Part shown: one piece after another, positions 59,081 through 64,000 of the stretch
Position numbering within the stretch: the stretch's first letter is position 1
Layout: each line of letters opens with the position of its first letter
NCBI GenBank assembly: GCA_964270895.1
Contig: OZ185450.1
Strand: one strand, 5' to 3'
Origin: Podarcis filfolensis
Lineage: Eukaryota
DNA: 64,000 nucleotides
The notes under the pieces: generated by a model
Databases searched by the model: none
The model's input: only the letters and a program-made list of their open reading frames with translations
Told to the model about the DNA's origin: nothing
Program-made: the position numbers and the translations under genes

Positions 59081-62000
59081 TACTTCAGAGTTTGAGACTC
59101 TCGTTGGAATACCTGCAAAACATGTTGTGATTCTGTGACCTCGGGCACACAATCTGTTTTTTAGTAGGGCTCTCCCTTCTTTGCACCAGCCCAGAGCATG
59201 GAGGGGAGCTTGGCAGGGGCTGAATGTGCTGTCTTGAAGGACATGTTAAGCCATAGTGCACAAATGTTTGTGGCCTTCCTTTCATCCTTTCTTTTGGAAG
59301 GTGCGGGTATGAGCTAACGCAGCTACCTTTTGAAATTTATAGCTTTTAATTAATTCAAAATTGCAACATAGCTTTTTATGATAAGTGGAGGCATTTCGGC
59401 AAGTCAGGGAATGAGCCTTCGCAGTGATCCAAGCCAAATCTTGCAGGACTTGAGTATCAGTGGAATAAACAAGGCCATATAAAGCTGGAAGGTATAAGAA
59501 GGAAGCAGCCCAAGACACCTAAGTATTGTCTAGAACTGAGGCAGAACTGATTTTTCCAGGACCCATTTCCCACTTCCAAAGTCTGCAACTGTCAGAGATC
59601 CATTACTTCTGCCCATGCCCCACACTTAACCTTCCATGGCTTTTTAGAACATTCATTTTTGCTGTGCATATTGACATTAATTCCTTATCTCTGCTTTAAC
59701 TGCCACAAGCACTAGTGAATTTCAGTGCTAGACTGTCTTGCTTCATTAAGGTCTTTCGTTGCACTTCTGGTGTCCTCATACTTGTAAGCCTGGTGCTCTA
59801 AACTTGGCTTTTGATGACTTCTGAGCCCAGCTTGTTTTTGAACCATTCAGAGGACTCAGATGCTCATAGTGTGTGCCACTCCACATGCTAAATACAATGA
59901 GATCTCTTGGGCCAGAATCCTGCTCAGTGTAGTGCAACCAGATCGTCGCTGACCAGGGGCAGCCCATCCTATTTTGCTGCCTGAGGAGAAATGGGAAAGT
60001 GTTACCCCATGCCTTCCTGCCCCACCTTGCTGCCCCTGTGGAGGCCTTGCTTACTGGGGGCAGGGCTGTGGCTTTCAGGTTCCAGAGATATCTTGCGAGA
60101 GCCCCGCAAGATCTTGTGGTGCTCTCTCACCATCTTGTGAAATGGTGTGAGGAAGGGGGGCTGCACATTGACAAATGAGACAGGAACTGCCATGGGATGT
60201 GCTGTTGGTTTCCAGCTGCCACTCAACTCTCCCTGGCTGGCTATGAGATGTACTGAACGTGTGGCAGAGGTGAACTTTGTGGCTCGCTTCCAGATCTGTA
60301 ATACATGTTTATCTGTGTTCTGCCACAAGGGTATTTCCTGGGTGATTTTAACCCGCTGACCTGCTGCTCCCCCAAGGGGACAGCATAAACTAAGAGAAAG
60401 CAAGTGGATTATTTGATGTCTGCCATAAAGCAGCCGCAAATTGCTGTCAAGGGAGGGGAAATGTATATGGGGATTTATTGCTGATGGTTTTGAGGAGCAA
60501 AGAGCAAGTGCACCTTGTGGACTCCCCGCAGTCCTTAGAGTGCAGGCCTCTAGCCTCTAGCCCTATAGATGTTGCTGAACTACAACTTTAATCAGTCCCA
60601 GCTAGCATGGCCAATGGTCAGGGATGTGGAGTTGTAGTACTGCAACATGAGAAAGTGTTATGTGAGCCTTCCCACTTCTCTACGGTTCCCTCTGTGTGAC
60701 TGTTGTAGGGTGAGCTTAGGGCCACGCCAAACCTTCTGTTAAATGCATTTTCACATGTTTGTGTTTTAGTAGTAGCTGTGAAACCCTGATCTGGATTACA
60801 CCGTGGAGGAGGGGTAAAAACATTTCCGTGCCCTGAAATTCTGACAAGGGCAACTTTCCTCAACCTGCAGTTTTCTGCAGCAGACATTTTTAGGGAATTC
60901 TTGGGGTTGTAGTGCAAGAGGAAAGCATCCCCTCTACTTATACAGTGATTTGGATCAGAGGCTAACCCTCCAGGGGCTGCATGCTGATTGGTTGAATGTT
61001 GCTGTTTTTGGAGGCATGTGCCATTTGTACTTTGTGTGTCCTTCATGAACAGCTTTGCATGTCCTCCTTCTGTTTCCTTCTGTTTGGAGGGACGGAAGTC
61101 TTGGAACCCCTGAGTGTTAAAGGGCGACCATACCTGCCCATCCAGCATGTTCCTTCTGATAGGCTTCCTTTATTCCTAAATATTTTCTGCTGCTGGTGGG
61201 TGAAACATGCTTTTGAAGATTCTTCTGCCACTGGAGGGAGGTGCCAGAGTCAGTGGGTGTTTCCTCTGGCCTACTAGCAGTGCCCTAGTGGCTGCTGTCT
61301 TTGTCTAGGGCCCCCCAGTTATCCTTGGGTGAGCAGCACTGGAGAGTAGGGGAAAGGCACTGGAGGTGCTGGGCACACTGGCTGCCTAAGTTACCTGAAT
61401 GTAAAAATGGGTCAGTGGGGGAATGCTAGATTGTGTGTGTACCCAGGATGAAAATATTGGAATCAGCCTGCCAACGCTGTAAAGTGAAGTTTCTTAGCTT
61501 GCAACACGCTGTGCATTGGGTCTCTCAGGCTTGGTCTGATTAAGCTTGCTTGAGCTTTTAAGTGATTTGGGGAGGAGGAAGCAAAGGGGGCTGTTTCTTG
61601 TGCATAATGGCTCCGTCCTGGCAAGAGCTTTGAACCCACATAGCTCCTCTGGAAAGGGGCTCCTTATGGCGTGAAAAGCCCATCTGAAGAGAAGCCGAGT
61701 GTGGGGTCGGCCTTGGAATGTGCTTTTAGCATCAATATTTAGAAACTGAATATGTAAATAATGGATCACCTGTGTTTGTTGGAGCTGCCACCCAGTCACC
61801 AGTGGTGACACAGAGACCTTCGTTGGTTGGGATTTTGCCATCCTGTTACTATAAGGAGGGAACGTGATGCTCTCCTGCTACTCAAAATCCTAGGTTTGCT
61901 GCCTGGCTTTAGAAATGGGGTAGGGATGCGGGAGACGTTTTGCGCAGCCCAGCATGAGCAGATGGAAAAAGGCTGAAGTCTCTTCCAGTCAGCAGCACAG

Positions 62001-62499
62001 ACTTCAGCTGTGGTGCCAGTGGAGTGGAGGTCTATCTGCAAAGGCATAACCAGGCTGGAATTGGCTAGCTGTTGATTCTCATAAACAGGTTCCTGCATTA
62101 ACACTGAATATCCTTGTAGTGGCTGGGAACACTGTGGTTTGTGGGAACTGACCTTTTCCCTTTCTTGGCCAGAAACAAATAATGCCCCCAGCCGATGTAA
62201 GGACTTGGTTTGGCCATGGAGTCCCTCTGGACCTTTTTCTAACATCCATGTGCAGGGAAAGACAAGATGGGGAAACCAACTAACCTTTCTGCAGAGCTGT
62301 ACCTTTTATTATTAATTATTATTTTATGTGTCCTTCACCCTAAGGTCCCTGGGCAGGTAACAACAATTTAAAATACAATGTTTAAAACAGTTTAAAACAA
62401 ATTAAAGTAACAAGAACGGGGGAGAGGGGTTCCTTAATATTCATCTCAGGTCGGGGAAAAGAGCCATGTTCTGCATTTTAGCCAAAATATAAAATGCAT

Positions 62500-63190
62500 A
62501 GGTATAGGATAGGGGATACCTGGCTTAGCGGTAGGACGTGTGGAGAAGACTTTGGATTTGTGGTCGATCATGAACAAAATATTAGTCAGCAGGGATGTGG
62601 CTGCAAGATGCAATTTTAGGCTGTGTTAATAGAACCATAATTTCCAAGTCATGGGAATAGTTCTGCTTTATTATGCATTAGTCAGACCTCACCTGGAGTC
62701 CTGTGTCCATTTCTGGGTATTTTACTTTAAGAAGAATGTATTGCAGACAAATTAGAAATGGGTTCAGAGGAGAGCAATGAAGATGGTAGGGAAAACGAGT
62801 CCTGCAAAGGGAGCTTGCTTTATTCACTTATTTATAGCCCCACCCTTTACCAGATGGTTCCAGGGCAGGTTACTAAAACCTAAAAAATAAATTAAGTACA
62901 ATGTACATTTAAAATCATAAAAAATAAAAACCACAAAAACAGCCAATGCCAGAATGAGGAAGGTTGAAGGAACTGAGCATATTTAGCCTGGAGGAAAAAG
63001 ACGGGGTGGGAAATGAGAAAATCCTTCATATCTCTGAAGGACAAAGACTAGATCAGAGGACTTAAATCTTAGGAGAGTAGATTTCAGTTAAGAATGAAGC
63101 AGGAATTCTCTCTGGTAAGAGCAATTGGACAAAAGGACCAAGTGATATTGATGATTCTCCCTCATTGGAGGTCTTCAACCATCTATTGAG
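62500..63190 (+). mobile_element. CR1 LINE ORF2 C-terminal fragment (interrupted at about 62815-62950)
   Basis: Remnants of DTWL..TCEKD, ILGCVNRTI, LYYALVRPHLESCVHFW and VQRRAMKMV. Confidence 0.85.
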
Positions 63191-63257
63191 GATGCTCTTG
63201 TTATGGTGTTGGATGAGGTGGCATATTGTATGATTCAGTCAATTTTGCTCTGTTTAA

Positions 63258-63430
63258 CATCATAGAATGGAAGTGACCCCCCCAAGGGTCATCTAGTCCA
63301 ACCCCCTGCAATTCAGGAATCTCAACTAAAGCATCCATGACATGTAGCCAGCCAATCTCTGCTTAAAAACCTTCAATGAAGGAGAGTCCATAATCTCCCG
63401 AGGGAGCCTGTTCCACTGTTGAACAGCTCT
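63258..63430 (-). mobile_element. CR1 extreme 3' end, antisense
   Basis: ATCATAGAATGGAAG..AAGGGTCATCTAGTCCAACCCCCTGC..GAGGGAGCCTGTTCCACTGTTGAACAGCTCTTA. Confidence 0.8.
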
Positions 63431-64000
63431 TAATCTTGACCTCTTCTGGTTTCAAAGGGATGGTGGTTTGTGGGATGGAGTGGATGGGAGGTTAAATGTC
63501 ATGTAACCAGTGGGGTTTCTATGCCTATCTTGGAGCATGGTAGGAAACGTTGCATGCCCACCACACTTGTGTGTGTTGTGTCTGAGAGGGGGGGGGATGT
63601 GCCTAGCATCTGCTTGCACTGTTTACAGTCTCTGCTGTGCCTGGCAATCTCTTCTTGTTGCTGCTCCTGCTTCTGCATTTTCTTGGGCTATCTGGGATAG
63701 CAGGCAGGTTATTCAGAGGGATGATGGGTCTGCTGCAGGGTTTGCTTATCAGCACCATCTTTTTTGCATCTCTCCCCGCCATCCCCAAGAATTGAGCAAT
63801 TGTGTGATCATGCATGGTAAGCAGCATCTGCTTTCCAGTGAGCGTTGTCTGCATTTTCTGTGGTTCACACGACAGAGGCTCCAGTCCATTGAATTTGCAG
63901 GCTTGTGCGGCTGTAAGCAAGACATGCTATCCCCAAAACCCACATGCTCAACCCCACATAATAGCAAATGGCAGAAGAGGCTCTACTCCAGTTGCAAGGA

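Noticed and set aside
31625-64000. Arthropod-style arrays of mutually exclusive Dscam Ig exons, or DSCAML1 exon 4
   Set aside because: No further Ig-like ORF or duplicated exon 2/3 variant is seen in any frame. A very long intron 3 is normal for vertebrate DSCAML1.

Overview
Vertebrate genomic DNA from a squamate, most likely a lacertid lizard (Sauria SINE, Bov-B and lacertid-type MITEs). The only host protein-coding gene I can support is the 5' end of DSCAML1 on the + strand. Coding exon 1 is 17805-17856 (signal peptide, in a CpG island), exon 2 is 28277-28594 (Ig1) and exon 3 is 31478-31624 (start of Ig2). All junctions are GT-AG and phase 1. Exon 4 is not in the window, so intron 3 is longer than 32 kb. 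The rest is intergenic or intronic DNA dense in transposons: young and old L1, Bov-B, CR1, L2, two SINE families, hAT and Tigger MITEs with target-site duplications (TSDs), and a Penelope-type inverted repeat. The most unusual items are: (1) a 1.3-kb minus-strand element combining an L1-type 5' end, an unrelated ORF and an L1 ORF2 tail, within a three-layer nested insertion; (2) a second CpG island 3.6 kb upstream of DSCAML1 with its own splice signals; (3) an out-of-frame AUG 5 nt before the DSCAML1 start codon; (4) a near-perfect 41-bp inverted repeat upstream of the promoter; (5) a decayed hammerhead-ribozyme core in the Penelope relic. I did not find a clearly new multi-gene system. All family names come from motif recognition and no database search was run.
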